From Bacillales bacterium UBA7642 (GTDB lineage Bacteria; Bacillota_I; Bacilli_A; RFN20; CAG-288), in the NCBI GenBank assembly GCA_002483745.1, contig DLIM01000006.1:18193-76907 (forward strand): 58,715 nt of DNA, in the 5' to 3' direction. Below the pieces are notes generated by a model, which was given only the letters and a program-made list of their open reading frames with translations, had not been told where the DNA came from and ran no database searches. Position numbers and translations under genes: made by a program. This document shows positions 47,394 through 55,629 of the stretch, piece by piece. The first letter of the stretch is position 1. Each line of letters opens with the position of its first letter.

Positions 47394-48282
47394 TTCCTAT
47401 CTGGTTTTGTCTTCAACCTCTTCAGGATATCAGCTTTACTCTTTTTTAGATCAATCCATTTCCCTTCACAGAAATCGTGGCAAGGCAAACTATGACGGGG
47501 AGAAGATCCTTATCGGTGATGAGGTTCTTCTTGATGATGAAGGAATGATTTATAAGGTCTTAGAGAGACATAACTTGTTAAAAAGGCCGAGACTTGCTAA
47601 CGCTGACGAAGTCTTGGTTTTGGTTTCGGCTAAGGAACCAGAGTTTTCTTCCTATCTTTTAGATAAGTTCTTATCATTGATAAACTTTAGTTCCATTAAA
47701 GCCTCAATTGTTATTACTAAAACTGATCTGCTCACTAAAAGAGAACTGCTTTCTTTAAAGAAACGTCTTTCTTATTATTCAGCGCTTCGCTATCAGGTCT
47801 TCTTCCTTGACTGCCATGACAAGATTAGATTTGATTATCCGGCCTTCTTAGAATTTATTAAGAACAAGAAGGTTGCTTTTGTTGGTCAGACTGGTGTTGG
47901 CAAATCAACTCTCATTAATTTAATTGATCCGGAATTCAACAGGAGAGTGGATAGCCTTGATGTTACTAAGGGCCGAGGAAGACATACCACTAAGGAAGTT
48001 ATCTTGCTTCCTTCTAAGGTAGGTTTCATCTTCGATACTCCCGGCTTTTCTAATTTGCAACTTCTAGAAATGAAGCCTTTGGATTTAGCTACTTTCTTCC
48101 CTGGGTTTGAATCCCATTTCGGTGAATGCAAATTCAAGGATTGTCTTCATTTAGAAGGCACTAAAGGGTGTAGTATCCTTGAAAATATCAAAGAGGGTAA
48201 ACTTTCTAGTGACTCCTATAAGAATTACGTTAAAATATATGAAGAAGTTAAAACTAATGATGTATGGAAAAAGAAACTCTGA
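47383..48282 (+). CDS. rsgA: Ribosome small-subunit-dependent GTPase A
   Basis: Circularly permuted GTPase with TKTD before GQTGVGKST, and the C-terminal zinc motif CKFKDCLHLEGTKGC. Confidence 0.85.
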   Translation: MKDNSYLVLSSTSSGYQLYSFLDQSISLHRNRGKANYDGEKILIGDEVLLDDEGMIYKVLERHNLLKRPRLANADEVLVLVSAKEPEFSSYLLDKFLSLINFSSIKASIVITKTDLLTKRELLSLKKRLSYYSALRYQVFFLDCHDKIRFDYPAFLEFIKNKKVAFVGQTGVGKSTLINLIDPEFNRRVDSLDVTKGRGRHTTKEVILLPSKVGFIFDTPGFSNLQLLEMKPLDLATFFPGFESHFGECKFKDCLHLEGTKGCSILENIKEGKLSSDSYKNYVKIYEEVKTNDVWKKKL

Positions 48283-48947
48283 TTAGACCCTCTCTTCTCT
48301 CTGCTGATTTCACTAATCTCAACAAAGACTTGAGGACACTTATCGCTTTAAAGATTACCCATTGTCACTTTGATGTGATGGATGGAACTTTTGTCGATAA
48401 CATTTCTTTTGGTGAGCCTCTCTTTAAGTCTGTTAATGACAGATACGGAAAGAAGATTACTTTTGATGTTCATCTAATGACTCTCTCTCCTTTAAGGCAG
48501 GCTAAACAGTTTGCCCTTTTAGGAGCTAAAGAAATTTCTTTTCATTATGAAGCCATGCATAATCACTTTAATCAGGTCAAAAGACTGAAGAAACAGTTCC
48601 CTAATGTAAAATTCGGATTAGCTGTTTCTCCCGAAACTGATATTTCCTTTGTCTTAGGATTAACTAATTTATTTGATTATTTTTTGATCATGTCAGTGAT
48701 TCCCGGGAAAGGCGGACAAAGCTTCATTCCTGGTTCGGAACTGAAAGTTAAGAGATTAGCAGAAGTCAGGAAAATGAATAATCTTCATTTTGAAATCGGA
48801 GTCGATGGTGGCTTAAATGACATCACCGGTCCCTTATGCTATCAAAATGGAGCCGACTTTCTCGTGATGGGAAGCTACTTTTTTAAAGCTCCTGACCGGG
48901 CTTTAGCTTTAGAAAAGGTTCATAAGAACCTTGCTTTAGGGAGATAG
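48264..48947 (+). CDS. rpe: Ribulose-phosphate 3-epimerase
   Basis: IRPSLLSADF, HFDVMDG, and VDGG / GS near the C-terminus. Confidence 0.85.
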   Translation: MEKETLIRPSLLSADFTNLNKDLRTLIALKITHCHFDVMDGTFVDNISFGEPLFKSVNDRYGKKITFDVHLMTLSPLRQAKQFALLGAKEISFHYEAMHNHFNQVKRLKKQFPNVKFGLAVSPETDISFVLGLTNLFDYFLIMSVIPGKGGQSFIPGSELKVKRLAEVRKMNNLHFEIGVDGGLNDITGPLCYQNGADFLVMGSYFFKAPDRALALEKVHKNLALGR

Positions 48948-48950
48948 AAC

Positions 48951-49631
48951 ATGAAAGCTACAGTTATGTCATCAATTTTTTTAGTTATTGCTATGGCATC
49001 ATTCTTTTTATATACTGCCATACTTGTTTATTGCAATTCTGTATTGGAGAAGAAAGACCGTTGTTCTTTCTTGAACTCCTATCCTTATCAGTTCTATTCA
49101 AACTATAAACCCTCGGCTAGAATTGCCCTTTATGTGATTCTTGGTATCAATGTGCTTTCTTTAGCAGTTGGTGAGTCTTTCTTCTTGGTTTCCTTAAAAT
49201 CCACTTATGCGATGATTCTGGCAGTGGCTTTCCCTTTAGCTATTATTTGTCTTGGCATATCGAATATCCTTCCTTTAAACCAATACAAAGCTCATATTGC
49301 TTTGGCCTCGGTCAGTTTTTTTTCTTTTGCTTTTGCTTCAATCCTGTTTAGTTTTATTACGGTTATTGCTTCTGGTCTTCTTGATCCGCTTTCTATTTCT
49401 CTTCCAATCACAATTGTTATTGGTGTCTTTGGATTTTTAGGATTCTTAAGTATGTTCAATTCCAAACTTTTTAGCTGGTTTAAGATGGATAAAGCTGAAG
49501 AGAATGGCAAAGTCATTTATGTCAAACCTAAGGTTAATTGGTTTGCTTTTTATGAATGGATCTTCTTTGTTATGGAGAATCTCACTGGAATTATCTTCTT
49601 TATTAATATTATGGTTACTGGCACTTATTAG
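48951..49631 (+). CDS. Hypothetical multi-pass membrane protein
   Basis: 226-aa ORF with about six hydrophobic segments, starting 4 nt after rpe. Confidence 0.5.
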   Translation: MKATVMSSIFLVIAMASFFLYTAILVYCNSVLEKKDRCSFLNSYPYQFYSNYKPSARIALYVILGINVLSLAVGESFFLVSLKSTYAMILAVAFPLAIICLGISNILPLNQYKAHIALASVSFFSFAFASILFSFITVIASGLLDPLSISLPITIVIGVFGFLGFLSMFNSKLFSWFKMDKAEENGKVIYVKPKVNWFAFYEWIFFVMENLTGIIFFINIMVTGTY

Positions 49632-49660
49632 ATTTGTTACATTTAGTCAGCCTAGAACAC

Positions 49661-49688
49661 AAAAAAGCGGTCCGGTGAAGGACCGCTT
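49661..49688 (-). terminator. Rho-independent terminator of rpmB
   Basis: 9-bp stem aagcggtcc/ggaccgctt with a 6-nt loop. On the minus strand it is followed by TTTTTT. Confidence 0.75.
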
Positions 49689-49710
49689 AATAAATAAAAG
49701 AAGGAAAAGA

Positions 49711-50031
49711 CTACTTAGCTTCAGCAGCTTTAGTAGCTTCGGCCTTAACTTCAGTTTTGGCATCAGCCTTAACTTCAGTCTTGACTTCCGGTTTAACTTC
49801 AGCTTTGACTTCAGTCTTAGCAGCTTCCGGTTTAACAGAAGTGGCTTTGGCATTCTTTCTCAAAGTACGTAAAGCAGAAGTAGAAACTCTAACTCTCTGT
49901 TTCTTGCCATTGATAACAATGGTAGTAGTCTGAAGATTGACATTCCATCTACGACGGGTATGTCTCATTGAATGAGAAACATTGTTGCCAGTCATCGGGC
50001 CTTTTCCAGTAATAGGGCACTTTCTTGACAT
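49711..50031 (-). CDS. rpmB: 50S ribosomal protein L28 with a repetitive Lys/Glu/Val/Ala C-terminal extension
   Basis: [34 protein letters not shown] is the canonical L28 core. A tail ...[35 protein letters not shown] follows. A GGAGGA RBS lies upstream. Confidence 0.9.
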   Translation of the reverse strand: MSRKCPITGKGPMTGNNVSHSMRHTRRRWNVNLQTTTIVINGKKQRVRVSTSALRTLRKNAKATSVKPEAAKTEVKAEVKPEVKTEVKADAKTEVKAEATKAAEAK

Positions 50032-50189
50032 ATAGCTAATCCTCCTAGGTTTTTAATCCAAAGTGTTATTAAAAAACGTGCTTATAAAGGATAACATAAA
50101 CATATAATATATTCAATAAAAACTTTGGCAAAACTAGTTTTGTTTAAGAATTGCATAGTAAGCATATAAAAAATGCGTGTTTCTTCTCA

Positions 50190-50227
50190 AAATGAGCAAA
50201 ATATATGCAAATGAGCAAAAAATATGG
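50190..50227 (+). repeat. Tandem direct repeat (core AAATGAGCAAAA, period 19 bp) in the adhE upstream region
   Basis: Exact 12-nt cores at 50190-50201 and 50209-50220, each followed by (A)ATAT(AT)G. The second copy ends about 85 nt upstream of the adhE ATG. Confidence 0.6.
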
Positions 50228-50309
50228 TTGAAATGTGCACAAATCTATTTACTAAGGTGCGCGAAACGCTTATACTTATTAAAGTTGTGATAGGAGGAAA
50301 TAAACTATC

Positions 50310-52949
50310 ATGGAAGAAGAACAAAAATTGAAAGCCAGCGAGGAACTCGCTCAGCTTATCAATCGTGTCAGAAAAGCCGAAGAGATCTACTCTACTTATT
50401 CTCAGGAACAGGTAGATAAGATTTTCCGTGCTGCCGCTATTGCTGCCAACAAGGCCCGTATTCCTCTAGCTAAGGAAGCTGTGGCTGAAACCGGTATGGG
50501 TGTTATCGAAGATAAGGTTATTAAGAATCATTTTGCCTCTGAATATATTTACAACACTTATCGTGATACCAAAACCTGTGGCGTTGTTGAAGAAGAAGAT
50601 GATATGGGATATGAGAGAATTGCTGAACCGTTAGGAGTCTTAGCCGGTATTGTCCCTTGCACCAATCCCACTTCTACCGCTATCTTTAAGTCACTCATTG
50701 CCTTAAAGACCCGTAATGGTATTATTTTCTCACCTCATCCCCGTGCTAAAAACTGCACTATTCATGCTGCTCAGATTGTCTTAGACGCCGCTGTTGAAGC
50801 TGGTGCCCCTAAAGACATTATTGCTTGGATTTCCGAACCTTCTATTGAAGGCTCCAATCAGTTGATGAAGTCCTGTGACTGCATCTTAGCTACTGGTGGT
50901 CCGGGCATGGTTACTGCTGCTTATTCTTCAGGCAAACCGGCTATTGGTGTTGGACCTGGAAATGCTCCCTGCATCATTGATACCACTGCTGATATCAAGA
51001 TGGCTGTCAGCTCAATCATCCATTCCAAGACTTTTGATAATGGCATGATCTGTGCTAGTGAAAACTCAATTATTGCTGTTAAGGATGTCTATGATGCTGT
51101 TAAGGCTGAATTTATCTATAGAGGCTGCTACTTCTTAAATGCTGAAGAATTAAACAAGGTCAGAAAGACTGTTATCATTAATGGTTCTTCTAACGCTAAG
51201 GTTGTTGGAAAGTCTGCTGCTACCATTGCTTCTATGGCTGGTTTTACTGTTCCCGAAGAAACTAAGATTCTGATCGGTGAAGTTTCCAAGACTGATAAGA
51301 GCGAAGAGTTTGCTCATGAAAAGCTTTGCCCTGTTCTAGCTTTATATCAGGCTGAGGACTTTGAAGATGCCATTACTAAGGCTGACCGTCTTGTCAGAGA
51401 TGGTGGATTTGGCCATACTGCTGACTTATATGCCGATGAAGTCTTAGCTAAGGATCATATTGATGAATTTGCCAATAAGATGAAAACTTGCCGTATCCTT
51501 ATTAATACCCCTTCGTCTTTGGGCGGTATTGGTGATATCTACAACTTTAAGATTAAGCCTAGTATGACTTTAGGCTGTGGCTCTTGGGGTGGAAACTCTG
51601 TTAGTGAGAACGTTACCGTTAAGCAGCTTCTTAACCTTAAGACAGTTGCTAAAAGGAGAGAAAATATGCTTTGGTTCAGAACTCCGTCGAAGGTCTTCTT
51701 CAAGAATGGCTGCTTAAGCAAGGCTCTTGAAGAATTAAAGACTGTCTATAACCGTAAGAGAGTTTTAGTGGTCACTGATAAATTCCTATATCAGTCTGGT
51801 ATGTCTAAGAAGGTTACTGATGTTCTTGATAATCTTGGTATTCAGACTGAAGTTTTCTCTGATGTTGCTCCTGATCCGACTTTAGCCTGTGCTCAGGAAG
51901 GCGCCAAACTCTGTGCTTCCTATCTTCCTGATGCCATCATCGCTTTAGGCGGCGGCTCTCCTATGGATGCTGCTAAGATTATGTGGGTTTTATATGAGAA
52001 TCCGAATGCCGACTTCTCTGATATGGCTATGGATTTCATGGATATTAGAAAGAAGATTGTCACTTTCCCGCAAATGGGATCTAAGGCCATGCTTGTCTGT
52101 GTTCCTACTACTGCTGGAACTGGTTCTGAAGTCACTCCTTTTGCTATTATCACTGATCAGAGAGATGGCACTAAGTATCCTATTACCGATTATGAATTAA
52201 TGCCTAATATGGCTATTATTGACTCTGATTTAATGAGAAACATCCCTAAAGGACTTACTCGTGCATCTGGTATTGATGCTTTAACTCACTGCATGGAAGC
52301 CTATGCTTCTACTTATGCTTCCGTCTTTACTGATGGTATTGCAAAGGAAGGAATCAAGGAAATCTTTGAGTGGCTACCTAGAGCTTACAAGAATTTAGGC
52401 AATGATCCTGAAGCCAGAGAGCATATGGCTCATGCTGCTACTTTAGGCGGTATGGCTTTTGCTAATGCCTTCTTAGGTATTGACCATTCTTTAGGTCATA
52501 AGTTAGGTGCTTACCATCATCTTCCTCATGGTGTCTGTGTTTCTCTTCTCTTACAGGAAGTCATGAAGTTCAATGCTGGAGAAGTCCCGACTAAGATGGG
52601 GACCTTCCCTCAGTATAAGTATCCTAATACTTTAAGAAGATACTGCGAGATTGCTGAGATGCTTGGCATTACTGGCAAGAACAATCAAGATAAATTCAAT
52701 AAGCTTATCAAGAAGATTGATTCTTTACAGAGAGAAATCGAACTTCCGATGACTATTAAGGAAGCTGGCATCGATGAAACTAAGTTCTTAGCCTCTCTTG
52801 ATGAGATGTCTGAAGCTGCCTTTAATGACCAGTGCACTGGTACAAACCCTCGTTATCCACTCATCTCTGAAGTGAAAACTATCTATCTTAAGGCATATTA
52901 CGGCGAAACTGAGTATAATAAGAAGTATACAAAGTCTTTAAAGAAGTAA
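50310..52949 (+). CDS. adhE: Bifunctional acetaldehyde-CoA / alcohol dehydrogenase
   Basis: 879 aa. The N-terminal ALDH domain contains the catalytic cysteine (NGMICASE). The C-terminal iron-ADH domain has GGGSPMDAAK and histidine-rich metal motifs. A TAGGAGG RBS lies upstream. Confidence 0.92.
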   Translation: MEEEQKLKASEELAQLINRVRKAEEIYSTYSQEQVDKIFRAAAIAANKARIPLAKEAVAETGMGVIEDKVIKNHFASEYIYNTYRDTKTCGVVEEEDDMGYERIAEPLGVLAGIVPCTNPTSTAIFKSLIALKTRNGIIFSPHPRAKNCTIHAAQIVLDAAVEAGAPKDIIAWISEPSIEGSNQLMKSCDCILATGGPGMVTAAYSSGKPAIGVGPGNAPCIIDTTADIKMAVSSIIHSKTFDNGMICASENSIIAVKDVYDAVKAEFIYRGCYFLNAEELNKVRKTVIINGSSNAKVVGKSAATIASMAGFTVPEETKILIGEVSKTDKSEEFAHEKLCPVLALYQAEDFEDAITKADRLVRDGGFGHTADLYADEVLAKDHIDEFANKMKTCRILINTPSSLGGIGDIYNFKIKPSMTLGCGSWGGNSVSENVTVKQLLNLKTVAKRRENMLWFRTPSKVFFKNGCLSKALEELKTVYNRKRVLVVTDKFLYQSGMSKKVTDVLDNLGIQTEVFSDVAPDPTLACAQEGAKLCASYLPDAIIALGGGSPMDAAKIMWVLYENPNADFSDMAMDFMDIRKKIVTFPQMGSKAMLVCVPTTAGTGSEVTPFAIITDQRDGTKYPITDYELMPNMAIIDSDLMRNIPKGLTRASGIDALTHCMEAYASTYASVFTDGIAKEGIKEIFEWLPRAYKNLGNDPEAREHMAHAATLGGMAFANAFLGIDHSLGHKLGAYHHLPHGVCVSLLLQEVMKFNAGEVPTKMGTFPQYKYPNTLRRYCEIAEMLGITGKNNQDKFNKLIKKIDSLQREIELPMTIKEAGIDETKFLASLDEMSEAAFNDQCTGTNPRYPLISEVKTIYLKAYYGETEYNKKYTKSLKK

Positions 52950-52967
52950 GCATAAGGAGGCTATAAC

Positions 52968-53735
52968 ATGGTTACTGAGAAAGATTTAGGACAACTGGTC
53001 CTGACTAGACACAACAAAAAGATCTACTCTAAAGATGGCATCATTACTAAAGTCTTTGATTCCAAATTCTATCAGGCTAGTGATGTTCTAAAAGAAGCTA
53101 TGAATCAGGAATATGCTGTTGAAAGCTCCTTACCTGCTCCGCATGTTGATTCTGTCTTCATGGTTGGAAAGAATTGGGCTATCTCCTCAGATGAGATTAA
53201 GGGTAAAACCTTAGCCAAAATGATGGAAGAAGATCCTGCCAACAAGAAGAAGTATATCGATAAGTTAGTTCAGATTCAGATTTCAATTCTTTCTCATTTA
53301 AGCGATAACCTTAAGCTTCCTAAGCTCAAGGATAAGCTTAACAATTACATCACCGATTCCGGTCTTGATGCTACCACTAGATATGATCTCCACGTCAGAC
53401 TTGAGAAGATGCCAAACCATTACAAGTTCTGCCATGGCGATTTAACTCCTCAGAATATTATTTTTGAAGGCGATAAAGCTTATGTCCTTGATTGGGCCCA
53501 TGCTACTCGTGGCAATGCTTCCGCCGATGCCGCTATGACTTACTTAATGTTCACCCTCGAAGGCGATGATAAGGGCGCTAGCATGTATCTTAAGGATTTC
53601 TGCAAGAAGTCTGACACTAGACCCGAATATGTTCAGTCTTGGATTTCCGTGGTCTCAGCCACTAAGCTTTGCACCATCTCTGATCCTAAGCAGCGTGAAC
53701 TGCTGATGAGAAACATCAACGTCGTTGAATACTAA
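52968..53735 (+). CDS. Aminoglycoside/choline-kinase-family phosphotransferase (APH fold)
   Basis: Brenner-type motif CHGDLTPQNIIF followed by VLDWAHA. 255 aa with an AAGGAGG RBS. Confidence 0.65.
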   Translation: MVTEKDLGQLVLTRHNKKIYSKDGIITKVFDSKFYQASDVLKEAMNQEYAVESSLPAPHVDSVFMVGKNWAISSDEIKGKTLAKMMEEDPANKKKYIDKLVQIQISILSHLSDNLKLPKLKDKLNNYITDSGLDATTRYDLHVRLEKMPNHYKFCHGDLTPQNIIFEGDKAYVLDWAHATRGNASADAAMTYLMFTLEGDDKGASMYLKDFCKKSDTRPEYVQSWISVVSATKLCTISDPKQRELLMRNINVVEY

Positions 53736-53745
53736 ACAATAATAA

Positions 53746-53780
53746 AAGAGGGGCTGACCAAATAAGGTCAGCCCCTTTTA
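53746..53780. terminator. Bidirectional rho-independent terminator
   Basis: Stem aaaagaggggctgacc/ggtcagcccctttt with a 6-nt loop, between convergent genes. Confidence 0.8.
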
Positions 53781-53799
53781 TTTACTTAAAAGTTGGGAG

Positions 53800-55284
53800 C
53801 TAGGAAATATCGGAATGCTTACTCACTTCGTAGTCACTCCAAGAAGGAGCCGTTAAAGCCGAAGATAAATTAGCAGTCGTGGAATAAGTAGAAGTCACGG
53901 TGATGGTATAGTCTGAAGTTCCCGTTACTACTTTATTTCCGTTAGCAACAATAGAAACAGTCTTATTAGAAGAATCAACGATAGTACCGGCGTTATAGAG
54001 ATTATCAATGGTTGAATTACCATTAACGATCCATTTAGAATTGCTAGCTAGATAAATAGCACTAGTCTTAGAACCAGTATAGGTAGTATCAACACTAGAA
54101 GCACCCGTCCATGTCGAAGAGCCGGTTAGATAAAGATTAAGAGTAGAAGCTGAATCATAGATGACTTTACCATTCATGGTCTGGTCGATTGTGGTGAAGT
54201 TACAGGTAGACCCTGCCTCAGAATTCCATCTCTTGTTGCCACAGCATCTGATTAAGTATTCATAAGAGTCGTTGTTAGTATGAGTTAAAGAAACATTATC
54301 GAATAAGAACTCAGAAGCAGTCGAGTTAGTATGGAAGAAGCCACCGTTTTGAATATCAAGTGAACCTCCTACCATACTGAATTCAGAAGTGCCGACTGTT
54401 GAATCCCCGGAACTTGACTGATAAAGGATGACACCCCAAGTATTATCGTTCTCAGAAGAATCAGGCATCTTACCAGTTAAATTGCAGTCGAACAGTTTAA
54501 TAGTGTTCTTGCCTTCAATAGAAGCCGCCTCTGATCCAGTAGCTTTTAATGTGGCATCATGAATAGCGATTTCGGCAGTGGAGTAGATGGCTGGAGAACC
54601 TGCTCCGGTGGAATTATAGGTTCCGCCATCGACTCTCATGGTTCCTCCGCCTCGATCAGATCTAATAGCGGCTGAATGCTGCCCAGCTGTATTGACATTC
54701 AAGTCCCAAGCGTTGACCTTTCAGCCACCGCAGGCATGAATGCCGCCAGCGGCATTCAACGTTGTAGTAATTGCAGTATCGGCAATATTAACCGTTCCAG
54801 AGTTATATCCGCAGGCTCCGGGAGCCCCTTAACCAGTAGAATTAATAGTTCCCCCTTTAACATCAAGAGTTCCATTCGTGGCTAAGAGAGAAGCGTTTTG
54901 ACCATAGAAAGAGGAATTATCAGCTGAAGAAGTATCACCTGATTTAGAAATTGTAGGATTTAAAATAGTTCCAGTCACACTACTGGTTTTACAAAGAATT
55001 GCACTTTCATCGCTAGAAGTTGAAGTATATGTTTGGCTAGTCTCTGTTGAAGTGGCAGTGATTTCTTTTACAGCACCATAAGTAGCTGAAGAAGACCCTG
55101 ACCCTGATCCTCCACCTCCAGGTCCACCTGTATAGTTCTCTGAGGTTGAATTTGAAGTTCCGGTTGAAGCGGAACTGGTACTGGAATTAGCTGAAGTAGA
55201 AGCTGATGATGAAGTCTCATTTGAACAGCCTGTTAAAAACAAGGGCAGTGATAAGAGAATAGCCAAAAATTCTTTTCTTTTCAT
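53800..55284 (-). pseudogene. Lipoprotein with a Ser/Thr-rich linker and beta-helix-like repeat domain, interrupted by two in-frame stop codons
   Basis: Track ORFs 54829..55284 and 53800..54702 are in the same frame, since the coordinate difference is divisible by 3. My translation across the gap reads ...INSTG*GAPGACGYNSGTVNIADTAITTTLNAAGGIHACGG*KVNAWDLNVNTAGQ... with TAA at 54831-54829 and TGA at 54723-54721. The N-terminus MKRKEFLAILLSLPLFLTGC is a lipoprotein signal. The downstream ORF only starts at a TTG with no RBS. Confidence 0.7.
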
Positions 55285-55561
55285 TTTCCTTACCTCTTGC
55301 CTGAATTATAGGATTTCAAGGTTGGCATTTAAAGCAAACCGATGGCTTTAAATCTTTCTTAAAGACTGCTCAAAATAGCTATTTTTATAGAACAAATATC
55401 AAAAACTCCTTGTTTATATTAGTATTTTGAATTCCAACTTTATGAATTGTTCTTTCCTAAAAACTATAATTCTTAAAGAAAGCTTAATCATTCAATTAAA
55501 CTATATTCTGAAAATTGAAAAAATAGAATTCGAAAAGCCTCAAAGAAATCTTTTCGTACTG

Positions 55562-55591
55562 TTCCACTAAGAGAACAAAATAAGGTATGAT
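55562..55591 (+). promoter_or_regulatory. Candidate promoter of the phosphoketolase gene
   Basis: TTCCAC, an 18-nt spacer, then TATGAT, about 40 nt upstream of the ATG. The region is AT-rich and alternative -10 boxes exist. Confidence 0.3.
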
Positions 55592-55629
55592 ATATATACT
55601 AATGAGTTTTTCTCAAAAGGAGATTATCA

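Noticed and set aside
49504-49872. Repetitive ORFs (122 aa on plus, 68 aa on minus) with FSF/LKL periodicity.
   Set aside because: They are alternative-frame and antisense readings of the tandem repeat that encodes the L28 tail, and they run across the terminator. The L28 frame is the only one with a conserved core and an RBS.
50224-50242. Possible Rex box (TTGAAATGTGCACAA) upstream of adhE.
   Set aside because: Only the right half (TGCACAA against TTCACAA) resembles the TTGTGAA-N4-TTCACAA consensus. The left half matches about 4 of 7 positions at the correct spacing.
54721-54723. The in-frame TGA in the lipoprotein gene read as Trp (genetic code 4).
   Set aside because: TGA clearly terminates conserved genes in this window (pulA, the second M16-like gene, jetC). 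Conserved proteins contain no internal TGA. The same gene also has an in-frame TAA that code 4 would not rescue.
55327-55353. 9-bp AT-rich hairpin (atttaaagc/gctttaaat) upstream of the lipoprotein pseudogene.
   Set aside because: The stem is weak and AT-only. There is no upstream plus-strand gene for it to terminate, and such hairpins are expected by chance in an AT-rich intergenic region.
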